A DNA stretch of 44,329 nucleotides, taken from NCBI GenBank assembly GCA_001779235.1, contig MFJN01000034.1:11202-55530 (forward strand), written 5' to 3'. This document shows positions 36,206 to 43,158 of the stretch, one piece after another (the stretch's first letter is position 1; the number at the start of each line of letters is the position of its first letter). A model generated the notes under the pieces. It did no database searches. It was not told where the DNA came from and saw only the letters and a program-made list of their open reading frames with translations. This stretch comes from Candidatus Gottesmanbacteria bacterium RIFCSPHIGHO2_02_FULL_40_13 (lineage in GTDB: Bacteria; Patescibacteriota; Microgenomatia; 2-02-FULL-39-11). Both the position numbers and the translations under genes were made by a program.

Positions 36206-37943
36206 GTTTTAAAAAACTCAATAATTTATCAAAATTATAAACTCCTAAATTCTTACCGTCTCTTGACCTTAGGTTCACATTTATATTTTTATAATTTAAA
36301 TTGTCCAGTGTAATTTCTTTATCTCCGATTATACCTAAGAATGGCACCTTTTGTAAAGTTGCCTGGCGGATTTTAGATTGCATTGATTCCTGCCGGTCAT
36401 CCACATCCACTCTGATTCGCTGTGTTTTCAGTTCATCTCTTAAGATATTTGCAGCTTTTTGATGTCTGTCGGCGATGGGTATCAGAGTTAATTGGACAGG
36501 AGCAAGCCAGACGGGAAAGGCTCCGGCAAAATGTTCAATCAAAATTCCAAAGAATCTGTCGACCGATCCAAGGATAGCCACATGTAGTACGGCAGGTCGT
36601 TCTTCTTTGCCATTCTCGTTTATGTACTTCATGTCGAAGTTCTCAGGTTGTACAAAGTCGAGTTGAACTGTGGTTAATTGCCACTCACGACCCAAGGAGT
36701 CTTTAACCATGACATCTATTTTTGGGCCATAGAACGCTGCTTCGCCTTCGGCAACAAAGTATTCAACATCTTGTGACTTCATTGCATCAACCAGTGCTTT
36801 TTCAGCACGATCCCAATTTTTTACTTCACCTAAATACTTGTCTGGATTTTTGGGATCGCGAACAGATATGCGCGCTTTATAATTCTTAAACCCAAAAGTT
36901 TCATATACGTGGAACGTGAGGTCTATAACCTTTTGAATTTCAGCTGATATGTCTTGGTCTCTGACGAATGCATGAGTATCGTCTTGAGTGAGCGCTCGTA
37001 CTCGAAAGAGTCCGTTGAGTTCACCTGCCTTTTCGTATCGATAGACCGTGGCATTTTCAGCCAAATATAATGGTAATTCACGATAACTGCGGGGACGGAC
37101 ATTGAAAATCTGGAAGTGGTGTGGACAATTCATAGGTTTGAGAACGTATTCATCGTCATCAACTTTCATGGGGTTGAACATTGCGTCGAATTTTTGCCAA
37201 TGACCCGATTGTTTGTACAAATCGCTTTTTCCGATATGTGGTGTCCACACAAATTGAAACCCGCGTTTTTCTTTTTCCTCGATAAGCCAATTTTCCAATA
37301 ATCTTTTTAGCAAAGCGCCTTTTGGCATATACAATGGGAATCCAGAACCAACCGATGGACTGATCAAAAATAGTTCGAGTTCTTTACTTATTTTTTTATG
37401 ATCCCTTTTTTTAGCTTCATCCTGGCGAAGGAGAAAATCTTCAAGTTCTTTAGCGGTTGGAAAACAAGTTCCGTATATTCTGGTTAACATTTTATTTTTT
37501 TCGCTGCCGCGCCAGTACGCACCGGCAACGGAAAGAAGTTTGAAATGGGTAAGTTCTTTATCCGGGTGCTCTACATGACCCATTTTGCAAAGGTCAAGGA
37601 AATTACCGGGATTATTAGTCATGAGCTTTTTGCCGCCTTTGGCAAATTCTTCTGCCATCTCGATCTTATAAGGGTTCTCTTTAAAAAGCTTTTTTGCCTC
37701 TGCCAAAGTCACTTCATTGTATGTGAAACTTTTCCACATCGGAAGGATTTGCCTCATTTTTTCTTCAATTTTCGGTAAATCTGATTCGGAAATTTTCGTC
37801 TCACCGAAATCAAAATCCTGGTAGAAGCCGTTTTCGATAGACGGTCCTATGCCGTTATGTGTGCCCGGCCATAAATCTTTTACTGATTTAGCCAGTAAAT
37901 GTGCGCATGAATGGCGGAGGTTATCCAACAGTTTATTATCCAT
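36183..37943 (-). CDS. thrS: Threonyl-tRNA synthetase lacking the N-terminal TGS domain
   Basis: Starts at ...LRHSCAHLLAKSV (editing-domain His motif). Class II catalytic core and anticodon-binding domain. 586 aa. Confidence 0.95.
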   Translation of the reverse strand: MDNKLLDNLRHSCAHLLAKSVKDLWPGTHNGIGPSIENGFYQDFDFGETKISESDLPKIEEKMRQILPMWKSFTYNEVTLAEAKKLFKENPYKIEMAEEFAKGGKKLMTNNPGNFLDLCKMGHVEHPDKELTHFKLLSVAGAYWRGSEKNKMLTRIYGTCFPTAKELEDFLLRQDEAKKRDHKKISKELELFLISPSVGSGFPLYMPKGALLKRLLENWLIEEKEKRGFQFVWTPHIGKSDLYKQSGHWQKFDAMFNPMKVDDDEYVLKPMNCPHHFQIFNVRPRSYRELPLYLAENATVYRYEKAGELNGLFRVRALTQDDTHAFVRDQDISAEIQKVIDLTFHVYETFGFKNYKARISVRDPKNPDKYLGEVKNWDRAEKALVDAMKSQDVEYFVAEGEAAFYGPKIDVMVKDSLGREWQLTTVQLDFVQPENFDMKYINENGKEERPAVLHVAILGSVDRFFGILIEHFAGAFPVWLAPVQLTLIPIADRHQKAANILRDELKTQRIRVDVDDRQESMQSKIRQATLQKVPFLGIIGDKEITLDNLNYKNINVNLRSRDGKNLGVYNFDKLLSFLKLEIDNKN

Positions 37944-38100
37944 ACAGATTTTTTTTCAATAAAAAATCCGCCCTGCTTGCGATCCTGTACCTGCTGGTAC
38001 CGGAGGTTCCATCGCAATTTTTGCGGATTACTTAATTATGCTTTGTTACGTAAAGCTGCCGGTTACACTTTGAGGTTGGTAATCTCATGCAAACGTGTAT
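37944..38100 (-). promoter_or_regulatory. Structured thrS 5' leader with intrinsic-terminator-like helix (attenuator; possible minimal T-box)
   Basis: On the minus strand, a 5' hairpin (38064-38099) displays UUACCAACC in its loop. A long helix spans 37961-38029: aauccgc/gcggauu, uugcgau/aucgcaa and ccgguacc/gguacagg stems. It is followed by U6 and ends about 20 nt before the ATG. No promoter-like hexamer lies between the helix and the ATG. Confidence 0.55.
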
Positions 38101-38106
38101 ACATTT

Positions 38107-38136
38107 ATTTTACTCTATAGGAGTCTATTTCGTCAA
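38107..38136 (-). promoter_or_regulatory. thrS promoter
   Basis: Minus strand: TTGACG (38136-38131), 18-nt spacer, TAAAAT (38112-38107). Confidence 0.5.
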
Positions 38137-38188
38137 GCTAGTAAAAATTAAACTCTTATCTTATATGCGGTCGCTTTTTTATAAGATG

Positions 38189-38356
38189 TTAATTATTCTG
38201 TTGGAAGTGACGAAATTGGTAGGCAGAAGGACAGATCTTGTTTAATAAACATTCATTGCATTTCGGTTTTTTGGCATCGCAAATGAGTCGTCCGTGTTCA
38301 ATCAAAAAATAAGTCAGTTTGAACCAATGTTTTTTATCAAATAATTTACCGGTGGA
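38189..38356 (-). pseudogene. nth: C-terminal remnant of endonuclease III (nth), N-terminal about 3/4 missing
   Basis: Minus-strand translation gives STGKLFDKKHWFKLTYFLIEHGRLICDAKKPKCNECLLNKICPSAYQFRHFQQNN*. It contains the Nth/MutY 4Fe-4S cluster loop C-x6-C-x2-C-x5-C. The frame is closed by TAG immediately upstream, with no ATG. A REP-like element and tRNA-Val occupy the place of the N-terminus. Confidence 0.75.
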
Positions 38357-38360
38357 CTAA

Positions 38361-38414
38361 AGAGGATTCCCCGCCTGCCAGCGCTGTGCGTTAGCATTGC
38401 GGGCAGTGAACTCC
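38361..38414. repeat. REP-like palindromic element, copy 1 (GAGGAWTCCCCGCCTGC...GCGGGCAG.GAAC.TC)
   Basis: agaggattccccgcctgc-[20 nt]-gcgggcagtgaactcc. It lies 7 nt 3' of tRNA-Val on the minus strand. The ends are homologous to the copy at 41555-41611. Confidence 0.7.
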
Positions 38415-38421
38415 GTCGTTG

Positions 38422-38493
38422 TGCGCGCATATGGATTTGAACCATAGGCCTCTTCGATGTCAACGAAGCGCTCTACCGCTGAGCTATGCGCGC
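38422..38493 (-). tRNA. tRNA-Val (anticodon GAC)
   Basis: Reverse complement is GCGCGCATAGCTCAGCGGTAGAGCGCTTCGTTGACATCGAAGAGGCCTATGGTTCAAATCCATATGCGCGCA. 7-bp acceptor stem, GCTC/GAGC D stem, CTTCG/CGAAG anticodon stem with loop TTGACAT, TATGG/CCATA T stem, TTCAAAT loop. CCA is not encoded. Confidence 0.95.
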
Positions 38494-38543
38494 GTCTTAC
38501 CAGCTCATTTCACAGTTTATCATTATAAGGCGATTTGTTCCAA

Positions 38544-38572
38544 TTTACAATAAATTATCAGATTGCTATACT
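38544..38572 (+). promoter_or_regulatory. Near-consensus promoter for the ATP-grasp gene
   Basis: TTTACA (38544-38549), 17 nt, TATACT (38567-38572). The about 50-nt leader contains a 9-bp perfect hairpin, cctaaataa/ttatttagg (38584-38610). Confidence 0.55.
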
Positions 38573-38626
38573 AAGAGCTCGCTCCTAAATAACGTTTACG
38601 ATTATTTAGGATTGCAGCTCTGTTTA

Positions 38627-40003
38627 ATGAATTCCAAAAAAAGTACTGCCGTTATTTATATTTCAAACATGTCGGAAGATGTATGGCCATTTATCTCTGC
38701 CATGTCTTCTTCGTATGAAAGAGAGAGTGAAATTCAGGAGAACGCCAGATTATCGGAACACGATTTATACAACTTTTTTGGATGTGATGATTGCCTGATA
38801 ATTCTTCCGATGCCGCCCGATCCCCATTTTTACCAGTATTTTAGGTCATTGTCAAAAAATCAAAACTTTACGGTCATGCCGACTAAAATTCATACAGGTG
38901 AGATCAGTAAAGATATTTTAAATGATATCGAGATCATGGACGAAATAGAACGATTTGCCTCAAATTACAGCAAAGTTAAACTTATCAGCTACACTGCTTC
39001 CGAACAATTTATAAAATTATCTTCATATATCCAAAATAAATATAAGAATATTGTTTTAGCTGAATCGCCAAGTGAGGCAGATTCCTGGGTAGTAGATTTC
39101 TATGGCAGTAAATCAGGGATCAGGCAATTATCCCAGCAATTCAAAGCCGATGAGCCTGATTTTAAAATGGCAGGCGGCCTGATTACGGTGGGAATAGTAA
39201 ACTCGGCTAAAATTGCAGCTAACATGTATATTAAAAACGGCGGAATTGTCCTAAAAACTAACAAAGGCCATTCAGGAGCTGGAATTATAATATATAAACC
39301 CGGTGACTTGTCCCGCAATTATAATGATTGTGAAAAATCAATACTCCAAAGTTTAGACGGAGAGAAATACTGGCAGGAATTTCCAATTATTCTCGAAAAA
39401 TATATCGAACCAAATAATCATATAGGCTGGGCGTATCCCAATATCGAATTTAAAATCCATCAAAAAGGCCGTATTGAAATGTTATATTACTGTACTTGCA
39501 GAATAACCGATAAAGGTGTTTTTAAAGGAATTGAAATTCATGAAAACGTCCTGCCGGACAAAATATCGGCTCAACTTATAGATACAGGCTATTTTATTGG
39601 AGAAAAGTATGCAGAAGAAGGTTATAGAGGATATTTCGATGTAGATTTTATTACGGCCAAAAATAATCACCTATTTGTAACAGAATCTAATATCAGGCGT
39701 ACAGGGGGGACTCACGTTTATTATTTAGCTAAAGCCTTGTATGGTGATAATTTCATGCATGATATTTATTCTCTTTCCAATAATCTGTACAACCTTAAAA
39801 CAATAAACAGCATTAAAAGCGAAAATCTTTTTACTATTTTGGAGCCGGTCATGTTTAGCAGTAGAAAAATGGAAGGATGCATCATCACCGGTACTTCTCT
39901 TTTGGCACAAAAAGCTTACGGTTATGTGATTTTTGGGAGAACAGCATTACGGGCTCGTAAAATTGAAGTGGAAATGGAAACCTTGCTTACCCGGTTTGGG
40001 TAG
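38627..40003 (+). CDS. ATP-grasp fold protein (PGM1-like peptide/amide ligase family?), function unknown
   Basis: VLKTNKGHSGAGIIIYKPGD and GYRGYFDVDFITAKNNHLFVTESNIRRTGGTHVY resemble ATP-grasp nucleotide-binding and catalytic segments. ATG at 38627 was chosen because the track's 5' extension (38486) overlaps tRNA-Val. Confidence 0.55.
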   Translation: MNSKKSTAVIYISNMSEDVWPFISAMSSSYERESEIQENARLSEHDLYNFFGCDDCLIILPMPPDPHFYQYFRSLSKNQNFTVMPTKIHTGEISKDILNDIEIMDEIERFASNYSKVKLISYTASEQFIKLSSYIQNKYKNIVLAESPSEADSWVVDFYGSKSGIRQLSQQFKADEPDFKMAGGLITVGIVNSAKIAANMYIKNGGIVLKTNKGHSGAGIIIYKPGDLSRNYNDCEKSILQSLDGEKYWQEFPIILEKYIEPNNHIGWAYPNIEFKIHQKGRIEMLYYCTCRITDKGVFKGIEIHENVLPDKISAQLIDTGYFIGEKYAEEGYRGYFDVDFITAKNNHLFVTESNIRRTGGTHVYYLAKALYGDNFMHDIYSLSNNLYNLKTINSIKSENLFTILEPVMFSSRKMEGCIITGTSLLAQKAYGYVIFGRTALRARKIEVEMETLLTRFG

Positions 40004-40574
40004 ACAGCCCTCTTTCCTGAGACATGCCAAACGAAGTTCCGTGTTTTTTATACATTTTCCAATATCCTAATCTCTTTTTCTTTTTTTGATTAAAAGTCTG
40101 CAGCCATATTCTTCCTTCGTTAACTTTCATTCTTAGTTGTTTTACGAGTCCTATCATCCATTCGAAAAATCTGATGTAATATATTCCGCCTTCACTCGGA
40201 ATTTGAGCCACCTTAATCTTGGCAATTTCACCGCTTAGGGCTTTTTCAGATTGTTCAAGAAGTGAAACCTGTTCTTTCAACTGCTTTAGAAGTTGGGATG
40301 TTTCATGTTTTATCATCTGGTCTGCATGGCGTTCACCATGGGTAAAGATTAAAGTTTCTGATTTAGAGTTGCGGGGGGTTTGCTTTTCCTGATAAGGTGA
40401 ATACTCGGATGATGTTTTTTTACCGAAAAGCTGATCAATCATGCTGCCGGGGTTGACAAGATTTTTTACCTGTTGAGACAGCGTATTATTGTATGAGGCT
40501 TGCTGTTTGTATTTTTCAGGATTATCATCCCCCCACGGGCTTATATTCGCTTTTTGTTTATGCGTTTGAGTCAT
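39987..40574 (-). CDS. Hypothetical protein (195 aa; coiled-coil middle, basic C-terminus)
   Basis: ATG at 40574, with TATAAT 14 nt upstream. No family recognised. The 3' end overlaps the convergent ATP-grasp gene by 17 nt. Confidence 0.6.
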   Translation of the reverse strand: MTQTHKQKANISPWGDDNPEKYKQQASYNNTLSQQVKNLVNPGSMIDQLFGKKTSSEYSPYQEKQTPRNSKSETLIFTHGERHADQMIKHETSQLLKQLKEQVSLLEQSEKALSGEIAKIKVAQIPSEGGIYYIRFFEWMIGLVKQLRMKVNEGRIWLQTFNQKKKKRLGYWKMYKKHGTSFGMSQERGLSTQTG

Positions 40575-40628
40575 GATTTTCGAGCAGAATTATAGTTTAT
40601 GGTTTCACCGAAAATTCCCACTATTATA

Positions 40629-41477
40629 CTATAGGTTCTTAAGAAAATCAAGGGTTTTTTGCTGTCTGATAAGGTGAGCCAGGTAATAACTGTCCTTTTT
40701 CAGTTTCTCCCGTTCTTCTTCTTTCTCGACCTTGGCAATAATATCATCTATATCTTTCTGGTTGACCTGTATTTTTTCCTGATCGGCTATTTCATTCAGG
40801 GCAAATTCCAAACTTAAATTTTTTCGGGCTTGAATTTGATATTCCTGCCTTAACTGGCCGGAAGTTTTTCCTTTTGCCATCAGGTATTGTTCAACAGTCA
40901 TCCCTAACTTTTTAGTTTGATCTATAAGATCAGACAGGAGACGGTTCACTTCCTGTTCTAGAAGTATGTCTGACATGTCTACTTCCGCTTCGTCCGTAAT
41001 TGTTTTCACCAGTTCATCAAGGGAAGGTATCGGAGGTTTTTCCTCTTTCTTGTCTTTACCGGGAACCCATATTTTAACCTTAGATTTTTTCAGATCCTGT
41101 ATTTTTTTCTTATATTCCTTCAGGTTGACTTTGGGAAAAAGGGCGATGGTGGTTTTAATAACCCAATCTTCATTTTCTTTGGCCTTTGTTATTTCCAATT
41201 TAGGATTAGATATGGGCTTTAAGTTATGTTCTTTAACGGCTTCAGCATACGCTTTAGGAAGAATTTTCTGTACTACCTGTTCGTAAACTTTAGTTTTATC
41301 GATATGTTTTTCAGCAATAGTTTTTGGCGCTTTACCCTTGCGGAAACCTGATATTTCCAGTTGACTGACGGAATCAGTGAATATCTCATCGAAGGTTGTT
41401 TTAATATCTGTCCAGGGAATTTGGATCTCAATTTCAGCTGTCTGAGTAGGCAAATTTATTACTTTTGATGTAATCAT
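40629..41477 (-). CDS. tig: Trigger factor lacking the PPIase (FKBP) domain
   Basis: ISGFRKGKAPKTI is the GFRxGxxP ribosome-binding signature. The C-terminal arm region (DMSDILLEQEVNRLLSDLIDQ...) follows the N domain directly. 282 aa. Confidence 0.85.
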   Translation of the reverse strand: MITSKVINLPTQTAEIEIQIPWTDIKTTFDEIFTDSVSQLEISGFRKGKAPKTIAEKHIDKTKVYEQVVQKILPKAYAEAVKEHNLKPISNPKLEITKAKENEDWVIKTTIALFPKVNLKEYKKKIQDLKKSKVKIWVPGKDKKEEKPPIPSLDELVKTITDEAEVDMSDILLEQEVNRLLSDLIDQTKKLGMTVEQYLMAKGKTSGQLRQEYQIQARKNLSLEFALNEIADQEKIQVNQKDIDDIIAKVEKEEEREKLKKDSYYLAHLIRQQKTLDFLKNL

Positions 41478-41483
41478 AAAAAT

Positions 41484-41494
41484 ATATTATACCA
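41484..41494 (-). promoter_or_regulatory. Extended -10 promoter abutting the tig ATG
   Basis: Minus strand: TGgTATAATAT. TATAAT is followed by 8 nt, or the overlapping TAATAT by 6 nt, before the ATG at 41477. No SD. Confidence 0.45.
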
Positions 41495-41554
41495 TAAATA
41501 TAGATTAAGTGTAGCCTGCCCGCCCGCCCGCCTGCCGATCAATTTAGTGCCGGA

Positions 41555-41611
41555 GAGAGGAATCCCCGCCTGCAATGCCTTCGGCATAGCCGATGGCGGG
41601 CAGGGAACCTC
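41555..41611. repeat. REP-like palindromic element, copy 2
   Basis: gagaggaatccccgcctgc-[22 nt incl. atgcc-ttc-ggcat]-gcgggcagggaacctc. It lies 3' of tRNA-Leu on the minus strand. It is flanked by further hairpins (tcccgc-taa-gcggga at 41626-41640) and a (CCCG)n-like tract at 41516-41535. Confidence 0.7.
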
Positions 41612-41668
41612 GAGAGGTTTCCCCATCCCGCTAAGCGGGACGCGTCCGCATAACATAGTTTTTTTCTG

Positions 41669-41750
41669 TGCCAGGGGGGAGAATTGAACTCCCACGTCTT
41701 ACGACACACGCTCCTAAAGCGTGCCTGTCTACCGATTTCAGCACCCTGGC
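41669..41750 (-). tRNA. tRNA-Leu (anticodon TAG), long variable arm
   Basis: Reverse complement is GCCAGGGTGCTGAAATCGGTAGACAGGCACGCTTTAGGAGCGTGTGTCGTAAGACGTGGGAGTTCAATTCTCCCCCCTGGCA. Acceptor GCCAGGG/CCCTGGC, anticodon stem CACGC/GCGTG with loop TTTAGGA, T arm TGGGA/TCTCC. TATAAT (41766-41761) lies 10 nt upstream. Confidence 0.93.
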
Positions 41751-41853
41751 TATTAAATAAATTATACGAGATTTCAGCCGAATTTAGAAGCTAAGGCTTT
41801 AAAATTAATATATTTAATTTATAATTATAAGGCTTATAATAAATTGATGAGAA

Positions 41854-41900
41854 TAAAAAAATCCTAAAGCCATCTGACAAAAGTCCGACAACCTTAGGAT
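41854..41900 (-). terminator. Candidate terminator after the 197-aa gene
   Basis: Minus strand: atcctaa.g...c.ttaggat stem (41861-41900) followed by T7 (41854-41860). The loop is large (about 22 nt). Confidence 0.4.
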
Positions 41901-41935
41901 CTAAACAGGCATTATAATATATTATTATAGGATAG

Positions 41936-42529
41936 TCAAGGGGCAGATATATTGACTTCTATTTCTTTGATTTTACTGATAAAAAAATTTACTCCGTACG
42001 ACCACTGTCCTGTGCTGTTGGGATTCCACTTATCTTCAAGCAGTGTAATATTTGTCAACCCATTTTTAAAGTAGGATTGTTTGATGGTTTTGGCTACCTG
42101 TGAAATGGCTTCCTGATATGAATTAAAAGATAGAGAATTTTTACCGTAGATTCCCAAACCCCAGCAGTTAAATGAATTTAAAGGTATATTTTTACACCCT
42201 CCTGATTCCTGCATGGAAATAGCGGGTATTATTTTATAATCCAAACCCCAGCTGTCTGAGGCATTAACAATAAAATCTGCTTCATTTTCCAGGTCGGAAT
42301 GATAAGTGCTGAAAAATTTCTGAAGAACTGAAATTCTGATATCTTTTTGAGGATCTTTACCGGTCATATCACTTAATTGATTTTGACTTTCAGGTGATTT
42401 AGCCAGGACAATCGAATTTGTCTGAGGTAACGCTGATTTTTGAAGCGGATCAAGGAGTAATCCGAAAGAAAGTATCAGTAAAATTAGGGAAAGGTTAAAC
42501 CAGATTGGGGTATAAATAAGCAGTTTCAT
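41936..42529 (-). CDS. Membrane-anchored/secreted hypothetical protein; weak resemblance to a glucosaminidase/muramidase-type cell-wall hydrolase domain
   Basis: N-terminal TM LLIYTPIWFNLSLILLILSFGLLL. ISMQESGGCKN...FNCWGLGIYG...SYQEAI loosely resembles glucosaminidase-domain motifs. The resemblance is not strong. Confidence 0.35.
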   Translation of the reverse strand: MKLLIYTPIWFNLSLILLILSFGLLLDPLQKSALPQTNSIVLAKSPESQNQLSDMTGKDPQKDIRISVLQKFFSTYHSDLENEADFIVNASDSWGLDYKIIPAISMQESGGCKNIPLNSFNCWGLGIYGKNSLSFNSYQEAISQVAKTIKQSYFKNGLTNITLLEDKWNPNSTGQWSYGVNFFISKIKEIEVNISAP

Positions 42530-42583
42530 TTAAATTACAAGAATGACATAAGAACACCTTAATGTCAAGTTTTTTGGGGAAAA

Positions 42584-43153
42584 TTATTTACCGGATCTTT
42601 CCAGGTAATTTCCGCTTTCCGGATCAATGGCGATGATATCTCCTTTTTTGATAAAGAGAGGGACCGTAACTTTTGCTCCTGTTTCAATCACGACGACCTT
42701 TTTAGCTCCGGTAACGGTATTGCCTCTCGCTCCGTCATCGGCTTCGATAACTTCCAAATTCACTTTTTTCGGATAACGCATACCAACAGCCAGGTCATTA
42801 TGGATGAGAATCTGATATATCTGGCCTTCTTTAATGTAATTTTTAAAATTTCCGACAATTATTTCCGGAAGATTCAGCTGTTCGTAAGTTTTATTATTCA
42901 TAAACGTAAAACCTTCTTTATCCTTATATAGGTATTGCATTTCCTTTACAAAGATGGGAATTTCTTCAACTGTTTCTCCTGATTTATAGGTAAACTCAAG
43001 CACTTTATCGCTTTTAAGGGCTTTTAATTTAGTTCTGACAAATGCCGAACCCTTACCGGGATTGACGTGTTTAAATTCCACAATCTGGTAGGGTTCTTCC
43101 CTGAACTTGATAAACATGCCTTTTTGAAAATCGCTCGTTGATATTTTACTCAT
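42584..43153 (-). CDS. efp: Elongation factor P
   Basis: FKHVNPGKGSAFVRTKLK (PGKG loop with the modifiable Lys). 189 aa, three OB-like domains. Confidence 0.95.
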   Translation of the reverse strand: MSKISTSDFQKGMFIKFREEPYQIVEFKHVNPGKGSAFVRTKLKALKSDKVLEFTYKSGETVEEIPIFVKEMQYLYKDKEGFTFMNNKTYEQLNLPEIIVGNFKNYIKEGQIYQILIHNDLAVGMRYPKKVNLEVIEADDGARGNTVTGAKKVVVIETGAKVTVPLFIKKGDIIAIDPESGNYLERSGK

Positions 43154-43158
43154 AGATA

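Noticed and set aside
1551-36666. Numerous 60-120-aa antisense or out-of-frame ORFs inside recG, tyrS, the PBP gene, pheT, aro genes, thrS and others in the ORF track
   Set aside because: All are nested within well-supported conserved genes, lack recognisable motifs and have odd composition. I treat them as chance ORFs in AT-rich DNA.
38486-38626. 5' extension of the ATP-grasp ORF (start at 38486)
   Set aside because: It overlaps tRNA-Val (38422-38493) and the TTTACA/TATACT promoter. The ATG at 38627 downstream of the promoter is more plausible.
41474-41695. 73-aa minus-strand ORF between tig and tRNA-Leu
   Set aside because: It runs through the REP-like palindromes and into the tRNA-Leu gene. 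Its composition (PLSGMGKPLEVPCPPSAMPKALQAG) is typical of translated GC-rich repeats.
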